Assembly: GCA_051294905.1 (NCBI GenBank)
Contig: CM119372.1
Coordinates: 4,280,001-4,344,000, forward strand
DNA length: 64,000 nucleotides
Direction: 5' to 3'
Origin: Botryllus schlosseri
Taxonomy: Eukaryota
The position numbers were made by a program, and so were the translations under genes. Of the stretch, positions 40,201 through 51,302 are shown one piece after another. Position 1 is the first letter of the stretch, and each line of letters begins with the position of its first letter. Under the pieces are notes generated by a model. It worked only from the letters and a program-made list of their open reading frames with translations, did not search any database and was not told where the DNA came from.

Positions 40201-43200
40201 ATCGTTTCCAGGTATCGTGCACACCTCACAGTTCAAAATAAAATAATATTGATGATAATGAGTTTTTGTTGCATTTGTATTCATTTAATAAAATATTATT
40301 TCTTTTGTGGTCAATATGCCCATCGCCTATGTTAGGTAGCTCACCGTTGTCCTGACGTAGAGTTTTAGAACGTTGTTGCCTATTTTTCATCGATATCGAA
40401 TTCATGCGGCCCGCGGCCTCTACGAAATTTGAAAAGTGGCCCGCGACCCGTTTTGAGTTGGCCACCCCTGGTCTAACCCATGGAATTGTTACGTTGTCTA
40501 CGAAAGCGATGCATAACACATTTGGCTCAAATCCAACCCATTGAAGTGAAGTTATAGGAGCAGCAGAGCTAAATGATAAAATTTGCCACAGTAAATACTA
40601 TTTACTCCAAACGCAAATTTTCATTCTAATTTTCTTTGTATTTTGGACACAGCGTGACAATTTCATGGGGTAGGCATTAGAATTTGAGTCAAAACAAAAA
40701 ATGTTATGATAAAATAGTGAACAAGTTCGTGGTACAGAACTTGAAGATAGCTTTCAATACAATATCCTTTGCAGTAAAATATTTATTCAACTCGAAGACT
40801 TTTCGGGTGCCTCTTTTCAAGAGTTAACGGCACACTAAAGGGATTTAAACAGAATGAAAAGCAAAACCATAAAAGCAAAGTATGACGTAACAATTGGAAT
40901 TACATACCATGAAGTCCTCAATGTAACAATGGCAACAATAACGAACTTTGAAGTGTACTGTACTATGGTAACAGTGCAATTTGAAAATAAACAGTTACAA
41001 ACACGAATTAGAACACACTAGTGGGAAATTTGTAAGTTATACAGAAAATCTTTTTGTCAATATGAAATAGGCTTGGTCAATTGTATAATGGTTGATTCTA
41101 ACACTTTTGAATGAAACGAGGATCTGCCTTGCGCAATGACAGTAAACGTTTCGTCATTATAGTTTTGAGCGCAAGAAGGGTTCTCACTTAAATGTTGACC
41201 GATCGAAGAAGCGTATGCTTGATAACCGTCATAAGAGTCAGTTTTTGCAGCCAATTTGCATTGGCGTGCGAAGTCCGTGCGGTCATTTGCGCAAGTTTTT
41301 GACCGAATCAATTTGGGGATGTGTTGCATTATCCGTACAAACGATCTTTGTAACGTACCTCCTACATACCTACTATCACAGTGCCACTTAAATTCGTAGA
41401 CGACGCTACTTGCATTAAAGGCAGGAAGTACATCCTTTCGAAAGTTTGGCAGAAGTGGTTTGGTTCTATACGCCACATGCGCATTTACACTATAATACCA
41501 ACGGTGAACCGCCGATTTGATTACCTTTTTAAAACGATTGCACACGTTACCTGGCCAAGGTAGGTGTAAAAATGCCTGGCATTTTTCTGTTCCATAACTG
41601 GGAAATTGATCCGAGCGTTTTAACACCCTTGCGATGGAGCATTTCAATATATGCTCAGGACAGCCATTTTTGAGAGAATAGAATGGATATCATCCAATTC
41701 ACGTGGTGCATATAGTACACAATGTACATGCCTATAAAATCCTGATTACTTTCGCAGCGGTGGTGAAGGTTTTAAAAGGAGACAGCCATAACACGTCCAT
41801 TTTTTGCGAAAATAGCGTTTTCGTAAATTAATGAGGTGTTCTTCTGCAGAACAATTGCTCGATTCATTACTTCCAAATGGGCTAACCACCCATTTAAAGT
41901 TGTGAACCGCAAATCCTGAGAAGTCATATTGCATTGCAAGTTGAAGTCAAGACAGAGCAGTAATTTTCTGTTCATGAGTCGAATCAAAGACTTTCTCCGA
42001 CCTTAGATTAAGAAACACATTGCTCCGACACATAGAGCATCACAATTATGACATAACCATTGTCCAACTCGTCGTCAATGCCACGATGTGCGCCATTGTA
42101 AAGGTCACACGTGCTTCTTTATCAGTTAGGAAGGAGTCAAGCAGATGCGCCGTATTCCCTGCTTGCGCGTTGTCGGTTAATCCCCTGAACTACACGGACG
42201 ATGCAGAACAGGTAACAATCCACCCCTACTCGCGACTCCATGGAAAGTACCGTGTGCGAGTCACTTGCGACCCGACATCTGTCAGCGTGCTGGTATCAGT
42301 CATTATCGCTCTATCAGTTGTCATAATCGCCAGCAGTTTGGTAATCATCATCGTCACACTGCGAGCAAAGAACCTCCGGAAACCGCACGGATACTTCAAA
42401 ATCTCCCTTGCATTGGCAGGTGCGTTACTTAAGATTTATAACCAGAGGTCGGCAACACTAGGGTTGCCATATTTTGGAAATCTGAAAAGAGGACACTTTT
42501 TCGTAATTTTCAGACTTGCAAAACCGGGGAAGAATTCTAAAAAACGGTAAATTTTTCCCACTTTGTGTCGGTTGACCAAAAAAAGGTCAACTTTGTCAAC
42601 TCCACATTGTAAGGTAGTTGACTAAAAAAAAAGGTCAACTTTCCCACTCTGCGCCCAAAATACCGTGTTTTACTCCACATTGTAAGGTAGTTGACTGAAA
42701 AATAAAGGTCAACTTTCCGCCCAGCTCACGAAATACCCACCAGTCGCATTTTGCTATAAATATGACCTAAATTCTCAAAAAAGAGGACAAAATCTCATAC
42801 AAGAGGACAAAAGGGCGTCCTCCGAGGACACTTTCAAAAAAGTCAAAAAAGAGGACAAATCCTCTCAAAAGAGGACGTATGGTAACCCTATAGGCATCAC
42901 CTGACACGGTATGAAAGAACGGCAACGTAATACAGTATGAAAAAGTTTGGATACTTTAGTCTAGGAGTGTGCACTATTTTATGAACCGGTATTTTGGCGC
43001 TGGGCATGTTCATGTTCACGCTAGGAGACAAGACCAAGACTGGACATAACGTTTCGGGATGGTGCGACCAGCGTGTACTCAAAGGTGGTGTGAACACTCG
43101 GAAAATCATGTGACGGTCATGCCCAGATACCTTTGGTTACTTTGTTATTGTCGATCCGTCTGCAGCAGTAATTAAAGGCAAAGTCGCTATTGGTCTTTGT

Positions 43201-46200
43201 TGATTTTGACTGTGTTCCATATCGAGTAGGTTGACAGGATTTTGTATGGTATAGTTTGATGCTGTAATCTAGCAATCTAGCACTGTACCAAGTTTCTAGG
43301 CTGTGACTCAATGATTAGCGTAGTAATATTCGCTGTCAAAGTCGAGTATCTGGTAGATGAGCGCGCGCCGATATATTGCCGACTTTGATAACGGAATTAC
43401 CATGCCAATCAATGAGTGACAACCCCGAAACTTACAGCGAAGTTAGATAACACAACCTAGATATACCATACCGAATTTCGTCATCCATCTCGGTATGGAA
43501 CACTTTCAAAATTCACATATACCAATATCAAAGTTTGCGAAAATTCCTTTATGCGGTAGGCTCAATGCCAAATCAGCGCAAGCAGACCCTGGATACTCGA
43601 ATTTGATAACGTACTTAACTTACTACTGTAATTATTGGAGTCACAGCCTTGAAACTTGGTACAGTGTTAGATTGCCTCATCAAGGTATATAATAGGAAAT
43701 TTTGTTATCCATCGCGACTTTGCCTTCAATTACTGCTGCAGACGGATCGACAATAACAAAGTCACAAAAGGCATCTGGGTGTGACAGTAACGTGATTTTC
43801 CGAGTGTTCACTGTTCTCAGTCTTCACACCACCTTTGAGTACACGCTGGTGCGACCATGCGACTCCGTGCGGTGTGTGCGCCTCCAATATGATTGATGGC
43901 GATTAATAATCCCGATATAAAATAATCGTCGCATGTTCGCCAAAACGTTCGACATGGATATGTCCATTGTCCAGTGTCTACTTTCCAGACGCCGAAACAA
44001 CTAGCGCTGAATAGTCTAGCGCCCACAGCTTGAGCCGCACGTGTCAAATGAGAACCGCCGAGGAAAATAAGGAATAATAATTGTAATAAATGATTTGGAA
44101 TAATAATATTAATTTAGAATAAATGCTATAACTTGGAATCGTGTTCGCCTCACGAAAAAAAGATAACACTAGTCCACACATATTTTGAGGCAGACAAAGT
44201 AAGAGTGGTTTTGGGGGTTCTGAAGGGCACTGATTCCGAATATGACCTTAGTTTTTTCAAATTGGCTCTTGTTGTGGAGATAACCCATGGGGCTATTTTG
44301 ACCAAAATCTCCCATTTTCGCGGTAATGACTAGATATAAAATCGGCTCAGTCGTACTATAAAGTTTAGAAAATCAATCTACTAATTATTTTTACACAGAG
44401 AAGATTCTTTTAAATCAAAATACAGCAACAGCACTATATTTAGGGGTAATAGATTTATCATAGTTACAGATTTTCACGGATATCATGTACATAAGTAAAT
44501 TACAGTCATGTACATAAGTATTTACCTAGATTCTCAAATCACGTTGCATTAATTCAATCAGTTTTACGTCAACCACCCATTCTAAATTTGAAATAATCAG
44601 TTGGAAAATGATATTATTGATATATTTCAAATCAAAATTGTTTTTTTGTAAGATTTTCGCCTGTAAGCTGTTTGGTGCAGTTTCTTGAAAGGTTACGGCA
44701 ATGGTCTGACATAATATGTTCAATTTTTCATCTCATCTGCCCTGATATCATCATCATTGGTTTATTAGCAATTTTATCAGTTCAATACACCACAAAAATG
44801 CGATACAATGAAAAGACAGGAAGATGTCGAAGCGACTAGGAGTTGTCTATGGAATCAGACACCCACCTTGGCCTAGGCCTTTTGTTGTTCTGATGTCTTG
44901 GCAGAGCCTCTTCCCTTGCTTATCAACAAGATGATCGGGAAATATATCCAGATTTCTGAACAGGAAGTGAACTTTTATGCTCATGTTTGTGCTCAAGTGT
45001 TTGATATGCAGATACGAATTTTCGGACCAACTGTTTGTGGTTTGGTGCTTTACGATCATCTAAAAAGTTTTATTTACTACATCTTAGGAGAAATTACATG
45101 CAGTGAACTCCTTCCTAATGTGAAATTGGAATCTTTCATTGGTATTCGAATATACCAGATACCAGATTTAAGCTTCTCTTTCATAGGGTTACTAGGTACA
45201 CCCACTTTGTTGACTCGGCGGAAAATTATCCATTTACCAGGCAAAAGAATGGAGACGCATAGGAGTATTGCAGTTAAGCCTTCCAAGGACAAATTTTATA
45301 GTTTTATCCTCCTCTTTAATCATAGTAGAATGACCAATCGATACAGGAGAATATGTATTTCCGTTGTGCAAAAGTACAATTTTTAGGCTTGACAAACTGC
45401 TTTTTTGACAAACAAATATTTCGCATCATGTCATGTTAATATTTATAGAATGACTGAGAATGACATGAGAGTTCTTCATAGTAGATTAGTTATTTATGCG
45501 CAGTATAAAATTAGAAAAAACACGATTTTTTTCCTACCAAGTGAAATATTTAAGGGTAATTTTTTTTTAGGGGTATGAATATCTTCTGACAAAGAGCCAG
45601 TCTGACAAAACTAATGTGATATTCGTAATCAGCAACCTCAAAAACCCAGAAACGGCTCTCAGAGGTTCTGCCTAAAAAAAATTCAATTTGTTGACCCGTG
45701 TAATCTTTTAGTTTCGTCTGGTACGTGTCAGCGATTCCAATGTATCTGAAGCAACGACTACCTTGCATGATACAGGGGTAGCAGATTTTCATCACCGGGC
45801 CAGCAGGTATTAGCGGCTGGTGGGACTCCTTGCTTGAAACGCTAAATATGAAATTAAAAATGTTTAGCTCGCGAGTTGGTAATAATTCCGCATTTATTGA
45901 CATTCTGGCACGCCGCATACGAAAGGTTTCCGACCCCTAATTTATACCATCATGACAGAGTTTTAACAAAGTCACAAGGTCCCGAGTCACAAGTGAATTC
46001 TACTTTTATAATTTTGACTCAAGTCAAGTCGAGTCCAAGTCAGGGTTCAACGGTTCGAGTCCGAGTCCAAGTCATTGCGTTCACTGTTCATTTTCGAGTT
46101 CAGTCCTGTTTAACTCACTTCTTTATACAACTCTGTTTGGGCGATATCGAATACCTCGCATTCATGATTTATGCAGACCTTGTTAATGGCGCGTTTGTGT

Positions 46201-49200
46201 TGCCAAACGTTGCATCAAACCTCACTCACGAGATCTACTACGACGACAGAGACCTCATGCAACTCGATACATCCCGAATAGGGGAGCCGGATCGCTTGGA
46301 AGCGTCGTTTTTCGGTGTCTGCGCCATTCTGTCACAGGTCGTTACGGTGTACAGGTATAGGTCGCTGATTTTTCACGCAAATCCTACCTATGGCGAATTA
46401 AATAATCCGGCTAAACACTGTTTGCAGCGTGCTTCTCTTGAGTTTGGACAGCTATTTATCGGTGCGATGGCCGATGAAATACCGTGTCGGAGACTTGATG
46501 ACGCCCAGAAGAGCGACACTCCTTGTGATATTTGTTTGGTTGTTCGCAGTGACTGTGTCGTCTCTATCATTGGCAGCACCTCAGTACGTTACATATGCAC
46601 TCTACTATGCCACCTTCTCTTATCTTCCAATAGTGGCATATCGGTCGCAGGTATGTAAATAAATAGGAATTTTACCGACATGCATCATATGCCACCGTAT
46701 CGAACAGCAATTGATTTCATGATGTATCTTGTTTGTGCGATAGTCTACCTCACAGGTCTCCAACACATCGCATGCGGCCCGCTAGAGCATTTTGTGCGGA
46801 ATTTCAAGTATTCAACAATATGTTCAATTGCCATATATCTTTTTTAGATACAAGAACTTAAAGGTCACGCTAAAACTACTATAACAATCATTGAACTCTC
46901 AACAAACGTCACTATCACATCACTTTTAATAGCTACCCGCATGCGGTAGAAGATCAGCTATTACGTAACATTTCTAGTTAATGATGATAAAACGTGACCC
47001 GTTGATGATTCGTGACTGGAAATTGTGATTTGGTTTGGTGCGACCTGGTCGTAAAATTACTCGATTTCGGATTGACTAGGTGATTAAATAAAAATGACTC
47101 GAGTTGAGTCAGGGTCAAACGCTGAAATCGGAGAAGGACTTGCGACTCGGAATGATGACTTGGTAATCCTACGAACGCAACAATATTTGAAACTGTCATG
47201 GGGAATAGTAATATATCAAAAGCTCGTAGCTTGCGTTGCGTAGGGTATGTAGCTATCTACTCAGGTCAGTATGGCAACCATTGGTATTCTGTGACCCCCG
47301 TAACGTATAGTTGGTTACATGCTGTATGTTATTTGTTCTCTTCATCCATGTTATTATGGGTGGCGAGTAAGGTAGTAGTACGCTCTACAGCTGTAACACC
47401 AACGAATCCTTCGCCGATTGGACATTTCTATTCCAGGGGTTCTGAGGGTGTACGAGATGCATTGTAAAATTTGTAGGCCTATATGCTGTGGAATATTTTC
47501 TTGGCCAATTCATTCAACTGGAATATAATCTTCGCGCTACGCGCGATTTTGTGAATGGCCTTTCTTATTTTAATATAGGTACCATCGGAAATTGTGTTGA
47601 AAATGGACAGGGGCTGTACGAAAAATCTTATTGGAAGCACAAGGGGCACGATCGCTAAAGAAGGTTCAGAAGCAATGCTATTACTATAGCTCGATATTGA
47701 TTATATTATTTTATTACTTATCACGACTATATGAAACCAGGATTAGGCTACACCGCTCAAATGCTCTGATATCAGATCATCCTCCGGTACATTCTAAAAT
47801 ATTCTATGTAACGCTGTTGCTCGTCAAAGGTCCACTAGTTGCAATATTTTTACGATGTCATGATGCATCCTCTCACATGCTGTCTATAACTCAATAATTA
47901 AAAAAATTCTGCACGGCACAAAAACAATTTTATTCAAATATTTGAAAATGTGATTTTTTACCGTGTCAAGCTTTAATAGTACAATAGTAAATTACATTTC
48001 CACGATGGTTTTGGAATGCCTGTCTGCAAGGTCCCGTCAAATAAGTCCATTGAATATCCCTATTATTGATGCTGCGGCCCGCGGCGTCATCAAAACTAGG
48101 AAATTGGCCCGTGAGTACAGTTGGGTTTGAGACCTCTGGTCTACCTCTACTTCGCAATACTATTGCTACGTTTCGAGAGCTATAGTTATTGTAATCTAGC
48201 CAGCTACGATGTGCGACCTATACTTTTCGTTTAAACTCCAATGCAGGGGTTCTCAAACTTATTTAGACACGCCCTTCCTGATTATAGTAAAAACTTTCGC
48301 GCCAACCTTATCTTCATATCAAAAGAAATATTAAAAATTACGACCAAATAGTTTGCGACCGCAACGTATAGTTTGATGGCATATAAGGTTATGAATGTTA
48401 AGAGACTTCTCAATTAATTAGGATTTTACGCGGAACAACAATCATGATCTGGAGGAAGATCGCGCGAAGCGCGAAAATATGTTCAGTCGAATATTTTGCC
48501 ATAAATGCCGCACGCCATTCGAACTTGGCACTTCTTTACGTTACAAGCAGTTTATCTCAACGGGTGACACGTGTTCGACAAGAGTACAGTTCAATTGAGT
48601 ACTTGAGTACGCTTCCTAAGAGTAGCATTCAACAAAATGTGTCCTTATGTTGCGTATACACATATGGACTACTTAGGAGGCGCTGTGAGCCACTTCGATT
48701 TAAATCCTTGTTTGTATCCAAAAATCTGCGAATTTCTACGCACTCTGCGAAGATGCTTGACAGACAGACCATAAAAGTGAGAGCTAGTAGCTACACGAAT
48801 TCACCAGTTACTCTTAATACAGGGTCGTCTTCTGGTCTACACACATCTCTTCTGCTACATATTTTTCGTTTGGGGACTACCCTTCGTTACTACATGGACT
48901 TTGACGATACTGACTGCTTTTTATAGTCGTGGGATGCTTCGATCCATGAACGCTGCGCGTAAAAGAGCATCCAACTTAACAAAAACAAGCGGACGCGCGG
49001 AAAGAGATATGATGCGCACCGTCACGGTAGTTTTGATCCTACTTACAGCGACTGTGATGCCCATGATGCTTGCGATGGTAAATCTACTCACAGCTATTGA
49101 AAATGTTTTATGCATGGATGAGAATCCGGGGAATTTTATGTTTTTTGGATATTATATACTAGCCTGCGGAAGTTTCGTCAACGTGATAGTATACAATGCT

Positions 49201-49443
49201 TGCCACCAGGAATTTAGAAGGTCAAGTTTCGATTTTCTATGCGACGTGATCACTCTTATATGCGGCGGCTGTTGCCGGAAGTACGGTGATAGGGAGCTGG
49301 TGAAATCAAATCGGCACAGGCGCCAGAATGCAAGAACCAGAGCTGCAACTAGAACTGTTATCGACAACAGAAGAAAGAGGCATAGCAACCATATCAGTAC
49401 TGTTATGAGTCATGCAGTCCGTCATAACACCATGCAAGCTTAG
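34269..49443 (+). CDS. Class A orphan GPCR, copy 2 (paralogue), ~632 aa. Predicted exons: 34269-34771, 36193-36250, 36314-36335, 42126-42419, 46177-46354, 46428-46650, 48823-49443
   Basis: Exon-by-exon similarity to copy 1 (MLLKLIQSVAIMTVFHLENSG; LRKPHGYFKISLALA; LSLDSYLSVRWPMKY; FVNVIVYNACHQEFRR). The phase-compatible model totals 1899 nt. TAG at 49441 replaces TCG of copy 1. It could be a young pseudogene. Confidence 0.75.
34891..35282. mobile_element. MITE, AAGAGGAC family
   Basis: TIR plus TSD CCACTTAC. Confidence 0.88.
35686..36091. mobile_element. hAT MITE inserted at a GPCR2 splice donor
   Basis: TIR TAGGGCTG/CAGCCCTA; TSD CCGACAGG/CCGACATG. Confidence 0.82.
36405..37643. mobile_element. 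hAT MITE, CAGGGCCGTAA family
   Basis: TIR CAGGGCCGTAA/TTACGGCCCTG; TSD GATTAGTG/GTTAAGTG; related to ~5.0-5.6, 12.4-13.4 and 29.4-30.4 kb. Confidence 0.85.
38255..40470. mobile_element. hAT MITE CAGGGGT..CCAAC hosting nested elements, including 38916-40149
   Basis: Outer TSD GTCTAACC; inner element CAGGGGTTCTC with TSD AGCTAATC/AGCTAGTC. Confidence 0.85.
40760..41700 (-). mobile_element. Penelope-like element 3' part with GIY-YIG endonuclease
   Basis: ORF 41057-41647: LHLPWPG...VVYEFKWHCDSRYVGGT...RIMQH...SIGQHL...VLESTIIQLTKP. Confidence 0.85.
43070..43847. mobile_element. Foldback element, Mutator-like
   Basis: Long TIRs starting AGCGTGTACTCAAAGGTGGTGTGAA; 9-bp TSD GGTGCGACC. Confidence 0.8.
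44167..45700 (-). mobile_element. Chapaev3 (CMC) transposon remnant
   Basis: CAC...GTG termini with 3-bp TSD TAA; remnants EKLKSGI..IR..MKDSNF and NMSIKVHFLF..LDIFPDHL.DKQGKRLCQDI. Confidence 0.8.
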
Positions 49444-50429
49444 ATTAAAGGTTCCGTCTCAACAAGCTCCAGTGTGTACATGTACACACCGCATGTCATG
49501 CACATGAATCGTCATCTATATCCTACGCGGATCACTCGGCGATAGAGAGAACATTCTCGGACGACTCAGCCATTCGATCTACCCGCGACAAATACCCGAG
49601 TTAAAACAGCACTATATCCCTGCAAACATACCGCAAGCTAGCTCGGAACCCGCCTTCCATTTTATCAGGTGTATTTTTGCCTTCTCGGGATCCGGCACCG
49701 ATTGCGGAGTCGTGGGAAAATACTCCCGTCTGAAATATATATAGGCTGTGCTTCCGTATAACCGTTCAATTTCGTTGTGAGCTAAGTTGTAAAAATCACT
49801 TGCTATTTCTGCAATATTTGTTGTTCGATGCTGTATTTATTAAGGCAAATTGTTACCGTGATTAAACAAATATTAATCTGCATTTGTTTGCGTTCCAGGC
49901 AGCTGTGTGGCCTCCGCTTCGAGAGCAGGTAGATAAATCACTCTTTTCCGCGCTAACGATACTACAAGTCAGTCATATATCGTTACCCGTCGCAGCTTAG
50001 ATGATGACAATGTCAAGAAGTTAGAGACAAATACCACGGGAAAAATGCGCTATCCAATTCCCATGTGAGACACGGAACTAATACAACACGATGATTGCCA
50101 GAAGCGATTCATATTTGAAAACGACAAACATGTTTCAAGCAGTTTTTAAATTCACGCCAATTTCATGAAGAAGTTTATGTGCGGAAGGTCGCTATGGCAT
50201 TCTTAAGTCAGTGGTCCTACACAGGTGTTCCACGGAACGCATTATGGTTGCGCGTGCCAGTCTCAGAGGCTCCCCGGAGCCCGGAGATCAAGACACACAC
50301 TTAACTCACACATATCATTCGTGAATATACTTCTGTCTTGGCCATCATTGGGTACAGGTATAATTAGGCCCAATCTGGAGTCGTTTTGACTGTTATGGTA
50401 TGGTACGTCTTGTGCAGTGACGTACGGGG

Positions 50430-50593
50430 GATGACCGTCTTGAAACAGGTTAGTAATATCTTACCGATATTGTATATCTGCTCAGTAGAAGAGGTTCAGA
50501 CATTTGGTTCATCCGCTTGGCAGATATGCCAATGGTGGGAAGCCAGAACTGAGCTATTATGACTGAGCGCGTCTAAGTCAGAATCCCGTCTAG
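50430..50593 (+). pseudogene. Decayed 28S rRNA 3'-domain fragment
   Basis: GACCGTC.TGA.ACAGGTTAGT, CTGCTCAGTA..AGAGG, GGTTCAGACATTTGGT, GCCAATGG.G.GAAGC and ATTATGACTGA.CGC.TCTAAGTCAGAATCCCG match conserved LSU rRNA in order, with deletions. Confidence 0.85.
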
Positions 50594-51302
50594 CGACGAT
50601 GTCTAGGCATAATTACCATATTTTCGGTAACCAAAATGAGCACAATTCCCACTAAATTTGAGTCTAATGATGCTTTATATTTCTTAATCAAAATTGCAGG
50701 CAAAAACAGACACAAAAACGACAAACCAAATTTATTGTTTGAGATTAAGCACGCGAGTACTGTGCGGTTCCCTTAACTTTTGTCAATCGCACCAATGGGC
50801 TGAATCTGAAAACAAAATTTTATTTGTTGTCTTTCCTACTTTTGCCTGCAACTACCAGGAAAATGTATAACACCATCAAACTCAAACGTAACAAATTCTA
50901 CTTCCGCTTTACTTGCTGGTAAAAATGTCCGTTTTTGGGTGCTGAAAATATGTTAATAGGCCTGGTTGAAAGTCATTCCAAGATCTATGTATGATCTGTA
51001 CAGCACAGAGCAAAATAAGCCTCTTTCAATAGATCATATAGTTACAACATCTTCTGTGTCGCAAATGTTAGGAATGACTGAACGAAATTTACGCCATCAT
51101 CATACTGCCGAAGTTACGCAATCAAAATTAACTGTCTGGCAGCGCTACAATCGATATCCGACTTGCTGGCCAGAGCTAGCCTTTTTCTTTTCCTTGCGCC
51201 GCTTTGAATTGGACGATATTTCGATCATCATTACCAACCGCGTACAGTTTACTTTCGTAGGAACAGATACCGGTGACAGCGGAGTGAAAGGTTCTGAACA
51301 AA

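Noticed and set aside
45876..46658. 260 aa ORF as a standalone gene
   Set aside because: Read-through of repeat sequence, one GPCR2 exon, an intron and an out-of-frame exon.
50430..50593. Functional rRNA gene
   Set aside because: Only ~160 bp, with deletions in conserved helices.
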